Assembly: GCA_017457465.1 (NCBI GenBank) | Contig: JAFTHJ010000253.1 | Span: 1 to 40,145, forward strand | Reading direction: 5' to 3' | Length of the DNA: 40,145 nt | Origin: Clostridia bacterium | GTDB taxonomy: Bacteria > Bacillota > Clostridia > Oscillospirales > CAG-272 | Part shown: positions 34,249 through 40,145 of the stretch, one piece after another | Position numbering within the stretch: the stretch's first letter is position 1 | Layout: every line of letters starts with the position of its first letter | The notes under the pieces: generated by a model | What the model was told of the DNA's origin: nothing | Seen by the model: the letters and a program-made list of their open reading frames with translations, nothing else | Database searches by the model: none | Translations under genes and position numbers: made by a program

Positions 34249-34293
34249 CAAAACAAAAGAGCCGCGACATTCCATTTTGGAACGTTGTGGCTC
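34249..34293 (-). terminator. terminator-like hairpin in the terS leader
   Basis: Minus-strand RNA: GAGCCACAACGUUCC-AAAAU-GGAAUGUCGCGGCUC (15-bp stem, 2 mismatches, 34293-34259), then UUUUGUUUUG. Lies between the candidate late promoter and the terS RBS. Confidence 0.55.
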
Positions 34294-34330
34294 TGACCTC
34301 ATAGGGTATATGGCACATTATCTGTATCAT

Positions 34331-34369
34331 ATTTTACCATAGTTTTAGGTGTGATTTGTCGCTATTTAT
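34331..34369 (-). promoter_or_regulatory. candidate late promoter (conserved 17-mer plus extended -10)
   Basis: Minus strand: ATAAATAGCGACAAATC (34369-34353), 16 nt ending in TGG, TAAAAT (34336-34331). A 19-bp palindrome TAATAGTTA-A-TAACTATTA at 34413-34431 lies upstream. Confidence 0.45.
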
Positions 34370-34469
34370 CTTGGATTTTTATGTAGCGGCTTTGCTTAGT
34401 ATAGATATATACTAATAGTTAATAACTATTAAAATACTCAATAATAGCTTAGGGAATGGCTTTTATAGT

Positions 34470-34805
34470 TTATATAAGGCTCATTGTTACGGCTATATCG
34501 TGTACGAGCTTTCGCCTGCGCCGATAGTATGCGTTCTTCTCCATTATTACGGAGCACCCGGACCTGTAATAGCCTCTGCCTTCGGCTATATCGCTTATGA
34601 TCTCTTTGCGTATCCCAGGCTCTATATCCTCCAGCGCCTTATCTACGATGGCGTTTAGCTCGATGCTCTTTTCAAGGACCGCGCCTGTTACGGTAGAGTA
34701 TTTAATTATCTTCTCGCGCCTATCGTAGTCAGCGCAGATGGAGTTTACGATCTTTACAACCGTTGAAGGTATCTCCCACTTGAAATATATTCTTTGCCTC
34801 GCCAT
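34470..34805 (-). CDS. putative late-gene transcriptional regulator (position and weak C-terminal HTH-like motif)
   Basis: 111 aa, last gene before the late promoter/terS region. The C-terminal EKNAYYRRRRKLVHDIAVTM resembles the sYYRrk...i..ia tail of RinA/ArpU/sigma-region-4-like phage regulators. Weak evidence. Confidence 0.3.
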   Translation of the reverse strand: MARQRIYFKWEIPSTVVKIVNSICADYDRREKIIKYSTVTGAVLEKSIELNAIVDKALEDIEPGIRKEIISDIAEGRGYYRSGCSVIMEKNAYYRRRRKLVHDIAVTMSLI

Positions 34806-34817
34806 CGTTTTTGCCTC

Positions 34818-35087
34818 CTATTCCTTGTCGCTCGATACGAGCTGATTATATCTGATGATCCAGGACAGATGCACCGGGTTTCCTGTTGCCAACCTCAGCG
34901 CAATTCTGTGCGAGAGGGAAGCAAGCTCTTTGCTTTCAAGTCTGCCGCCGTTTGCTCCCTGGTAATGCGTGGGCTTGCTCAGCTTGCCCGAGGGGCTTGT
35001 TACCTGGTTGCAAAACTCGCATAGCGGCGTATTAACGTTTAGGCAGTTTGCGCACTCATAGGGGCGCACTGTTTCATTCCTTGCCAT
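34818..35087 (-). CDS. small Cys-rich protein
   Basis: 89 aa. CANC-x7-CEFC zinc-knuckle-like N-terminus. Confidence 0.4.
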   Translation of the reverse strand: MARNETVRPYECANCLNVNTPLCEFCNQVTSPSGKLSKPTHYQGANGGRLESKELASLSHRIALRLATGNPVHLSWIIRYNQLVSSDKE

Positions 35088-35460
35088 CGTTTTTAGCTCC
35101 TAACTTATTGTATTTTTCTATCAGCCTTATGGCATCCGCAGCGGTGTAGCATACGGCAGTAGCATATCCCTCTCCCTTGAGAGTGTTAAGCCACTGTATC
35201 TGATCCTTTGTAGGCTTATTATCGCCGTACTTCATCTCGATAGCGAATCCGTGATAGCCTCCCCGCGCCCTTGTGATAAGTAGATCGGGAAAGCCCGGGC
35301 GCAAGCCCATACGTTTCAGCCTCGCACCGTAGGCGGCGCTGCGCTTGCCTTCGTTTGCGGTATGAGTTACGGGAATACCGAGCAGATCACAGTATTGTAT
35401 AACTGCAATCTGCTCATCTTCTTCCGAGGAGGCATATACAGGCTTCTTTGCCTTAGCCAT
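35074..35460 (-). CDS. VRR-NUC domain nuclease
   Basis: 128 aa. EEDEQIAVIQYC..., GLRPGFPDLLI, GFAIEMKYGDNKPTKDQIQWLNTLKGEGY match the PD-(D/E)xK VRR-NUC pattern (PG.PDL ... E.K ... Q..W). Confidence 0.8.
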   Translation of the reverse strand: MAKAKKPVYASSEEDEQIAVIQYCDLLGIPVTHTANEGKRSAAYGARLKRMGLRPGFPDLLITRARGGYHGFAIEMKYGDNKPTKDQIQWLNTLKGEGYATAVCYTAADAIRLIEKYNKLGAKNDGKE

Positions 35461-35614
35461 ATAGCCACCCCAGGTAAAACGCCGTGCCGGTGAGAATTGC
35501 CATAGCGATAGTGCCGCACACTGCTACAACCTTCTTGCCTCTCATAATGCCCGAGGACGTTACGAGGAAGGCTATCAGAGTGCACACATATAAGGCTATC
35601 TCCCAGGGCTTCAT
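35453..35614 (-). CDS. small two-helix membrane protein
   Basis: 53-aa ORF not in the track: MKPWEIALYVCTLIAFLVTSSGIMRGKKVVAVCGTIAMAILTGTAFYLGWLYG. Its start overlaps the upstream stop (ATGA) and its end overlaps the VRR-NUC start. Confidence 0.35.
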   Translation of the reverse strand: MKPWEIALYVCTLIAFLVTSSGIMRGKKVVAVCGTIAMAILTGTAFYLGWLYG

Positions 35615-36039
35615 TTCAGGTCGATACCTTCAATCTGCGCCCTTACCTCCAGGCAATAGAGGTACTGCCCCATAGCCTGCGCCTGATGTCTGAGAAGATC
35701 AAGCGGGCAGGTAGGCTCAAATTCAAGCTTGCCGGCATCCGCCTTTACAAGCATAGCGTGGAGCTTGTCATAGCGGATCTTGGTCTGCTGGTATTCCGCC
35801 TCGAAGCGCTCCTTGTAGTCGGGGCTAAGCATACCCTCTACGGTCTTGTAGAAGGGAGAGGAGAGGCGGGCGCTCTCGTCAGGATCAGGCTCGCGGCAGC
35901 TCTCGCACGCACACTTCTCGGGGCAGGGATCGTAGAGGTCGCAATCGCCGTTCTCGGCAGGTAGCGAAAACTCCTCCAGGTGTTCTGCGCAGTATGCACA
36001 GATAGGCTCGTGGTTACAGGTTTTGCATTTGGTTTCCAT
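35611..36039 (-). CDS. hypothetical protein with Cys-rich N-terminus and helical C-terminal domain
   Basis: 142 aa. CKTC..C..C and C..C.C..C clusters, then KERFEAEYQQTKIRYDKLHAMLVK...LLRHQAQAMGQYLYCLEVRAQIEGI, a helical motif common in phage proteins of unknown function. Confidence 0.5.
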   Translation of the reverse strand: METKCKTCNHEPICAYCAEHLEEFSLPAENGDCDLYDPCPEKCACESCREPDPDESARLSSPFYKTVEGMLSPDYKERFEAEYQQTKIRYDKLHAMLVKADAGKLEFEPTCPLDLLRHQAQAMGQYLYCLEVRAQIEGIDLK

Positions 36040-36069
36040 AGTTTTGGTGCTCCTTTTGAAATATTTTTG

Positions 36070-36660
36070 TTATTTATTATCAGTGTGCTGATAATCTTGG
36101 TCGGGGATGGGCGGCTCAGGGAGCTTCGCCCAAAAACGCACGTGTCTATTGCTGAAGTGCCCGGGAATAATCGCATACTCCGTTGAAGGAATTTTATGCT
36201 CGGGATAGAAATGCGCCGTGCATACCGTGCCGGACTTACCTACAACGAGATACGTGCCATTCTCGGAGGGCAATTCATCCGCAACAGAGTGCCAAACAAC
36301 GCCGCGTGCTTCATTCAGAAGGCGCAGGTTTTTCTCGGCTTCTCGGTGGTAGAAATCCGCAATGGCGCGGAGATCGTCAATGTTTGCATCCTTGTTCTGC
36401 ACGTGCCGCATAAGCGCTTCGCGCATATAAGAGCCAACGTACTGCGAGGCAAGGTCAAATCTTTCGGCAGTGTCGAGGGGATGCAATTTCGTAGCAGCAT
36501 CAAAAGCCCTCAATACATTCAGATAGGCTTCAAGAATATAGGCTGCCTCGTTGAGCTGCTGATTCTTTTTAAGATCTCCCAGCTCAAACATCGTACCCGC
36601 TATCCCTCTCACATTGTTAAGGATTCTCGTCATTTCGTCTAATGGGTGCTGAGGTTGCAT
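36070..36660 (-). CDS. hypothetical protein with DUF551-like C-terminus
   Basis: 196 aa, GGAGAG RBS. The C-terminal WHSVADELPSENGTYLVVGKSG...FWAKLPEPP resembles the DUF551 pattern (W....LP....VLV...). Confidence 0.4.
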   Translation of the reverse strand: MQPQHPLDEMTRILNNVRGIAGTMFELGDLKKNQQLNEAAYILEAYLNVLRAFDAATKLHPLDTAERFDLASQYVGSYMREALMRHVQNKDANIDDLRAIADFYHREAEKNLRLLNEARGVVWHSVADELPSENGTYLVVGKSGTVCTAHFYPEHKIPSTEYAIIPGHFSNRHVRFWAKLPEPPIPDQDYQHTDNK

Positions 36661-36916
36661 AGCTTTCTCTCCTTTGTATTTCGTGCTCTATGGCGGCTCT
36701 GATAAATTCCTCGTCTATGAGCACAAGATCGGTGTAGCCGTTTTCCAGGCAGTATTGCTGAATTGCTTTGATGATCTCCTTGTCAAAGAGATCCACCACT
36801 TTTGCGTGTATAGCTGCCTGAAATCTATACACAAAATCATCATCTAACCCTGACGGAATCCCAGGGGCAACGACTTGCGGCTGAATTTTTATGTATTTAC
36901 CGGGCGGGAGCTTCAT
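36617..36916 (-). CDS. hypothetical protein
   Basis: 99-aa ORF in the operon, overlapping both neighbours. No motif recognised. Confidence 0.35.
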   Translation of the reverse strand: MKLPPGKYIKIQPQVVAPGIPSGLDDDFVYRFQAAIHAKVVDLFDKEIIKAIQQYCLENGYTDLVLIDEEFIRAAIEHEIQRRESYATSAPIRRNDENP

Positions 36917-37305
36917 TCTGCGCCCTCCTTTAATGCTCTTTCCGCTTCTTCTTGGGTGAGAAAGACGATTTTGCCGATGTCTTTAGGCTTGAAACTGCCG
37001 CAGTTGTATGCTTCGTAGTAATCCTCATCGTCCGTGTCGAAATCAGTTCCGAAGCTCCATCCAAAACCACTAATGCACCTTAGTACAGTTACAGTAAGGT
37101 AAGCAATCCCTTTTTGTCCGTTCCACTCCCACGGCATATATAGCAAATCCCCCATTTTTACAGGCAGAGCAATAACGCCGTTAGCCAGGAGAAAATCAGC
37201 CGTGATGCCCTCGGGCGTATCAGATAGGCTTACGCCCGCCTTTCGTACAAAAGAGGCTTTCTCGGGCGTTTTGAGCAATTCTGTGAGGCGTTCTTTTTGT
37301 GTCAT
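36913..37305 (-). CDS. hypothetical protein
   Basis: 130 aa from ATG 37305 (MTQKERL..., AAAGGAG RBS). No motif recognised. Confidence 0.4.
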   Translation of the reverse strand: MTQKERLTELLKTPEKASFVRKAGVSLSDTPEGITADFLLANGVIALPVKMGDLLYMPWEWNGQKGIAYLTVTVLRCISGFGWSFGTDFDTDDEDYYEAYNCGSFKPKDIGKIVFLTQEEAERALKEGAE

Positions 37306-37319
37306 TCGCTTTTCTCCTT

Positions 37320-37502
37320 TCACCATTCGTCAATATCAAATTCGGGATGCTCAGCTTTTTGAAAATCTACATAGCAATCGCAACAAAACCAACCGTTAGG
37401 GGATTTGTTAGTCCTTATCAGAAGCGACTGCTCAAACCTTTTGCCACAATCACCGCATTTTCGGTAATACTTGCGTTTTTTCTTCTCTCGGTTAGGCTTC
37501 AT
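37320..37502 (-). CDS. small zinc-ribbon protein
   Basis: 60 aa from ATG 37502 (GGGAGG RBS): MKPNREKKKRKYYRKCGDCGKRF...WFCCDCYVDF. Confidence 0.45.
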   Translation of the reverse strand: MKPNREKKKRKYYRKCGDCGKRFEQSLLIRTNKSPNGWFCCDCYVDFQKAEHPEFDIDEW

Positions 37503-37654
37503 TTCTGTACCTCCCGTTTCTTGTAGGCTCTTTCTTTGGAATAGTAATGCTTGCATCTGTCGATGCCATCAACGCCCGCAAAATACTCTTGATAAGGGCA
37601 TACACACTTATGGATGCAGTTGCGGCAACGTTGTTTATTCGTCAGTTTCTTCAT
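37499..37654 (-). CDS. small Cys-rich protein
   Basis: 51-aa ORF not in the track: MKKLTNKQRCRNCIHKCVCPYQEYFAGVDGIDRCKHYYSKERAYKKREVQK. Its stop overlaps the next ATG (ATGA). Confidence 0.35.
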   Translation of the reverse strand: MKKLTNKQRCRNCIHKCVCPYQEYFAGVDGIDRCKHYYSKERAYKKREVQK

Positions 37655-37850
37655 TGGAATCGTCCTCGCTTTCCAGGTTGATTATATTAACGATAACTAC
37701 ATTGTCGTAGCAATAAGAATCACGCAGTTTGCGTTCTATTTCCCTTATAGCATCAATACTCAGTTTTTTGGTACTGACAACGATTTCGGCGTTTCCGTAG
37801 CCGTGCCCGTGTTTACTGATAAAATAATAAACAATAAAAAGCTTATTCAT
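37635..37850 (-). CDS. hypothetical protein with acidic tail
   Basis: 71 aa from ATG 37850 (overlaps the ASCH stop). Ends ...ESEDDSNEETDE. Confidence 0.35.
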   Translation of the reverse strand: MNKLFIVYYFISKHGHGYGNAEIVVSTKKLSIDAIREIERKLRDSYCYDNVVIVNIINLESEDDSNEETDE

Positions 37851-38379
37851 TTGATGCCTCCACGTACATCCAGCTCTGCGGCGGTCTTGTGATATATTCG
37901 TTACAATCAAGTCCTGTAAGTGCGCCTATTCCTGCGCGGAAGCCCCAATCGGCACGATATTTAACAAACTCTCTCAATTCCTTCGGCTTATCGTAGATCT
38001 TGAGGTCGGTGATGCGCCAGGCGTAGCCCGTTTTTTCTTTGAGGTATCTATGCGCCTGCGCTTTCGTGAGCTGAGCATCCACAAGAAGCCTTGTTGCGCA
38101 ATATCCCATAGAAGCGAAGTATGCGGGATATGGCACGGAAAACTTCTTGATGCTGCTACAAGTAAACTCTCCGATAACTTTACCAACGGCGTGCTCAAAG
38201 CACTTTCCTTTTTCCCAGCAGTAGCCGAGATTTTCATAATGAGGATCTTTTGTTTCGTAAATGTAAGCCTTAAACGGCGTGGGTAGCAGAGGCATAGTCT
38301 TTCTAACCTCAACCGTCTTTTTGCCCGATGCAATAAGCTCGCACCATCCAGGCTGAATTGATATTAACACTGCTTGCAT
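37843..38379 (-). CDS. ASCH (PUA-like) domain protein
   Basis: 178 aa. The N-terminal AVLISIQPGWCELIASGKKTVEVRK matches the ASCH signature (IS I.P.....I..G.KT.E.R). Confidence 0.7.
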   Translation of the reverse strand: MQAVLISIQPGWCELIASGKKTVEVRKTMPLLPTPFKAYIYETKDPHYENLGYCWEKGKCFEHAVGKVIGEFTCSSIKKFSVPYPAYFASMGYCATRLLVDAQLTKAQAHRYLKEKTGYAWRITDLKIYDKPKELREFVKYRADWGFRAGIGALTGLDCNEYITRPPQSWMYVEASNE

Positions 38380-38612
38380 AACGCAGCCCTCCTTCTTTCG
38401 TGTCGCTCTCTCATTCTCTCTGAGGAGCTTTCTCTATGTAGGCATCCGCAGCTTTTTTGATGGCTAAACTTATAAGCAAAGTGATCCTTGCGGAGCGTTA
38501 CAATTTTTCCGCAATCGCACCTACATACCCAATAACTGCGTTTGCCTACCATATGTGAAAAAGCCTTTACTTCAAGGCGGTTGTATCTTTTGCCGGTAAT
38601 ATCTACAAGCAT
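38364..38612 (-). CDS. small zinc-binding phage protein
   Basis: 82 aa. GKRYNRLEV...YWVCRCDCGKIVTLRKDHF....SCGC is a widespread phage/bacterial Cys motif of unknown function. Confidence 0.45.
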   Translation of the reverse strand: MLVDITGKRYNRLEVKAFSHMVGKRSYWVCRCDCGKIVTLRKDHFAYKFSHQKSCGCLHRESSSERMRERHERRRAALCKQC

Positions 38613-38621
38613 AAATACCTC

Positions 38622-39344
38622 CTAATCAAAAAAACTTAATTGAAGCTGATCTGTGTCAACAAAATACTGATAGTCGCGCAAGGGAAATTCGTTTTTTCTC
38701 CCAACAAGGAGAGGCTTTAGCATTTCTTGCAATCTTATAACCTCGCCTCTCGCTGCGGGATAATCGCTAAACCATATTGCACGCTCAATAGGCTTCGCGT
38801 TTACGCATAGTGCACATCCATCACGCTTACTGTATTGATAGTGAGGAGAATAGGCATCCCTCTCTATGCAAAAACGCGCCGCCATCAACTCTGTAATTTT
38901 CTGCTCCACAAGAATGCTCCGCTTGCTCTCGGATAATTGACCGTGCCGTGCAAATTCATCATAAGCGATTCCAATGTCTTGAAAATCATAGTATCCTACA
39001 TCGGTGTTATCGCACGCCGCGATTTTGCTATCACGCCTAAATCCGCAAGCGTTTACATAAGGATAGCCTTTTACTTGACCTGCATTTATTCCGCTTTTGC
39101 AAATGGAGAGGCAGTAATCCCAAAACGTGATACCTTCCGCAAAAAACACCGCCGCCCCTTGTGCCCTAAAAATATCAGCTTGCCGCAAGATAAATTCGTG
39201 ATGCGCTTTATTTATGAGGGGAATATCTTTCGTGAAATAGGGAACGTAGCAAACCGCTTTGACGGTATCTCCGTTTTCAAGCCGTTTGTACGTGGCGCAG
39301 GTTGAATCCTTGCCGCCCGACCATTTAATTTTTACAATAGCCAT
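38622..39344 (-). CDS. PP-loop ATP pyrophosphatase / PAPS-reductase-like protein
   Basis: 240 aa. N-terminal KWSGGKDST is the SGGxDS PP-loop motif. Adjacent to the DNA methyltransferase. Confidence 0.65.
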   Translation of the reverse strand: MAIVKIKWSGGKDSTCATYKRLENGDTVKAVCYVPYFTKDIPLINKAHHEFILRQADIFRAQGAAVFFAEGITFWDYCLSICKSGINAGQVKGYPYVNACGFRRDSKIAACDNTDVGYYDFQDIGIAYDEFARHGQLSESKRSILVEQKITELMAARFCIERDAYSPHYQYSKRDGCALCVNAKPIERAIWFSDYPAARGEVIRLQEMLKPLLVGRKNEFPLRDYQYFVDTDQLQLSFFD

Positions 39345-39350
39345 ATTGCT

Positions 39351-40145
39351 TTACGCGCCGCTTATAGCACGTTCAAGCTCTGCAACCGTCCTAAGCGGCT
39401 TCTTATATGCCATATCTGCGCAATTCGCTCTGATAAGCGCCGTAGCAACGGGAGGGCATACTGCGTTACCCAGGCGTGCTATCTGCTTTGCCTCAGAGTA
39501 TTTCTTGCCAATATGGCGCTCAATGTCGATTATGTAATCCACCGGGAAGCCCTGCGCAAGCTTCAGCTCCTCAGCCTTCAGCATACGCATACCAATATCA
39601 CCGATGAAATAAGGGATGCCTGCTATCTCAATTATCAGGATCTCGTTCTCTTTAATGGAATAATCCGCGTACTCGTTTAGGAGCTTGCGTACCTCGTTCC
39701 AATGATAAAGATCCTGCGTACTATCCACCGGGAGTAGATACGTTCTGATTTCCGCAAAATGACCTGCCGAGGTTGTGAGAGTAGGCATAGGCTCGTCAAG
39801 GCTCTTACCGTCCATATTCTTGCGCAGCACGCAAAGGTTGCTCGCACAGAGGTAATGCCTGGGAAGCGTTGTTACAGTAGGGATAGGCGCATCACTCTTG
39901 CTGGCGTGATCTGCGCCGCCATAGTAATGCACGATATTTGCGGCAATAGTCGCGTACCTGGGCGAGCCGTCAACCGTCATAATAGGCTCGGTGATTTTCT
40001 GCCCGCGTACCTCGCCCTTGCTCTGCTCAGAGTGATACTGCAAGAGAGCAGGAGCAGTGAGGTATTGCTTGCAGGACGAAACAACCGTAGAAACAGGCTC
40101 ATTCACGCTATTTACGCGGGGAGCTTGCTTCTTGTGCTCTCCATA
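39351..40145 (-). CDS. DNA (cytosine-5) methyltransferase, C-terminal part (5' end beyond the window)
   Basis: The frame stays open to the window edge, and the track's 'M' at 40106 is a GTG inside it. C-terminal GNAVCPPVATALI is C5-MTase motif X. PIPTVTT / PMPTLTT are TRD-like repeats. The N-terminal motifs (FxGxG, PCQ) are not in the window. Confidence 0.75.
   Translation of the reverse strand, partial: YGEHKKQAPRVNSVNEPVSTVVSSCKQYLTAPALLQYHSEQSKGEVRGQKITEPIMTVDGSPRYATIAANIVHYYGGADHASKSDAPIPTVTTLPRHYLCASNLCVLRKNMDGKSLDEPMPTLTTSAGHFAEIRTYLLPVDSTQDLYHWNEVRKLLNEYADYSIKENEILIIEIAGIPYFIGDIGMRMLKAEELKLAQGFPVDYIIDIERHIGKKYSEAKQIARLGNAVCPPVATALIRANCADMAYKKPLRTVAELERAISGA

Noticed and set aside
34227-34256. 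Upstream start (MFCKERRSKQ...) for terS given in the ORF track
   Set aside because: That ATG sits inside the terminator U-tract with no RBS. The ATG at 34226 has a GGAG-type RBS and gives a typical TerS N-terminus.

Overview
Positions ~2.5-40.1 kb are one dsDNA tailed-phage or prophage segment, transcribed almost entirely on the minus strand. All calls rest on reading the ORF translations and the DNA by eye; no searches were run, so family names are motif-level recognitions. Right to left the segment holds: a partial C5 DNA methyltransferase (runs off the window), a PP-loop ATPase, an ASCH protein, a run of small Cys-rich proteins, a VRR-NUC nuclease, a candidate late-control region, TerS, TerL and portal. 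Next come a 902-aa low-complexity protein and an uninterrupted 3,379-aa polyvalent giant protein (zincin HExxH plus three tandem ART-like modules). Then follow scaffold, decoration-like protein, major capsid, large tail proteins and a fibre with decapeptide repeats. The tail-fibre module contains a complete diversity-generating retroelement: target with C-terminal VR, avd, TR and RT. Its 124-bp TR/VR pair differs at 18 positions, all of them TR adenines. Beyond it lie an XkdX-like gene and a cluster of membrane or secreted proteins. No tape measure, sheath or tube gene is recognisable, which fits a podovirus-like (BPP-1-like) layout. The left ~2.5 kb holds a GC-rich hairpin-dense non-coding stretch, a HAD hydrolase, an IS30-family transposase and a small RHH protein driven by a consensus promoter. 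Other non-coding signals: an 11-bp-phased TTTGCAT iteron array next to an AT-rich tract; an identical 17-nt motif at fixed spacing from extended -10 boxes upstream of two late operons; leader terminators with similar stems; and a promoter-to-terminator ~180-nt structured unit.
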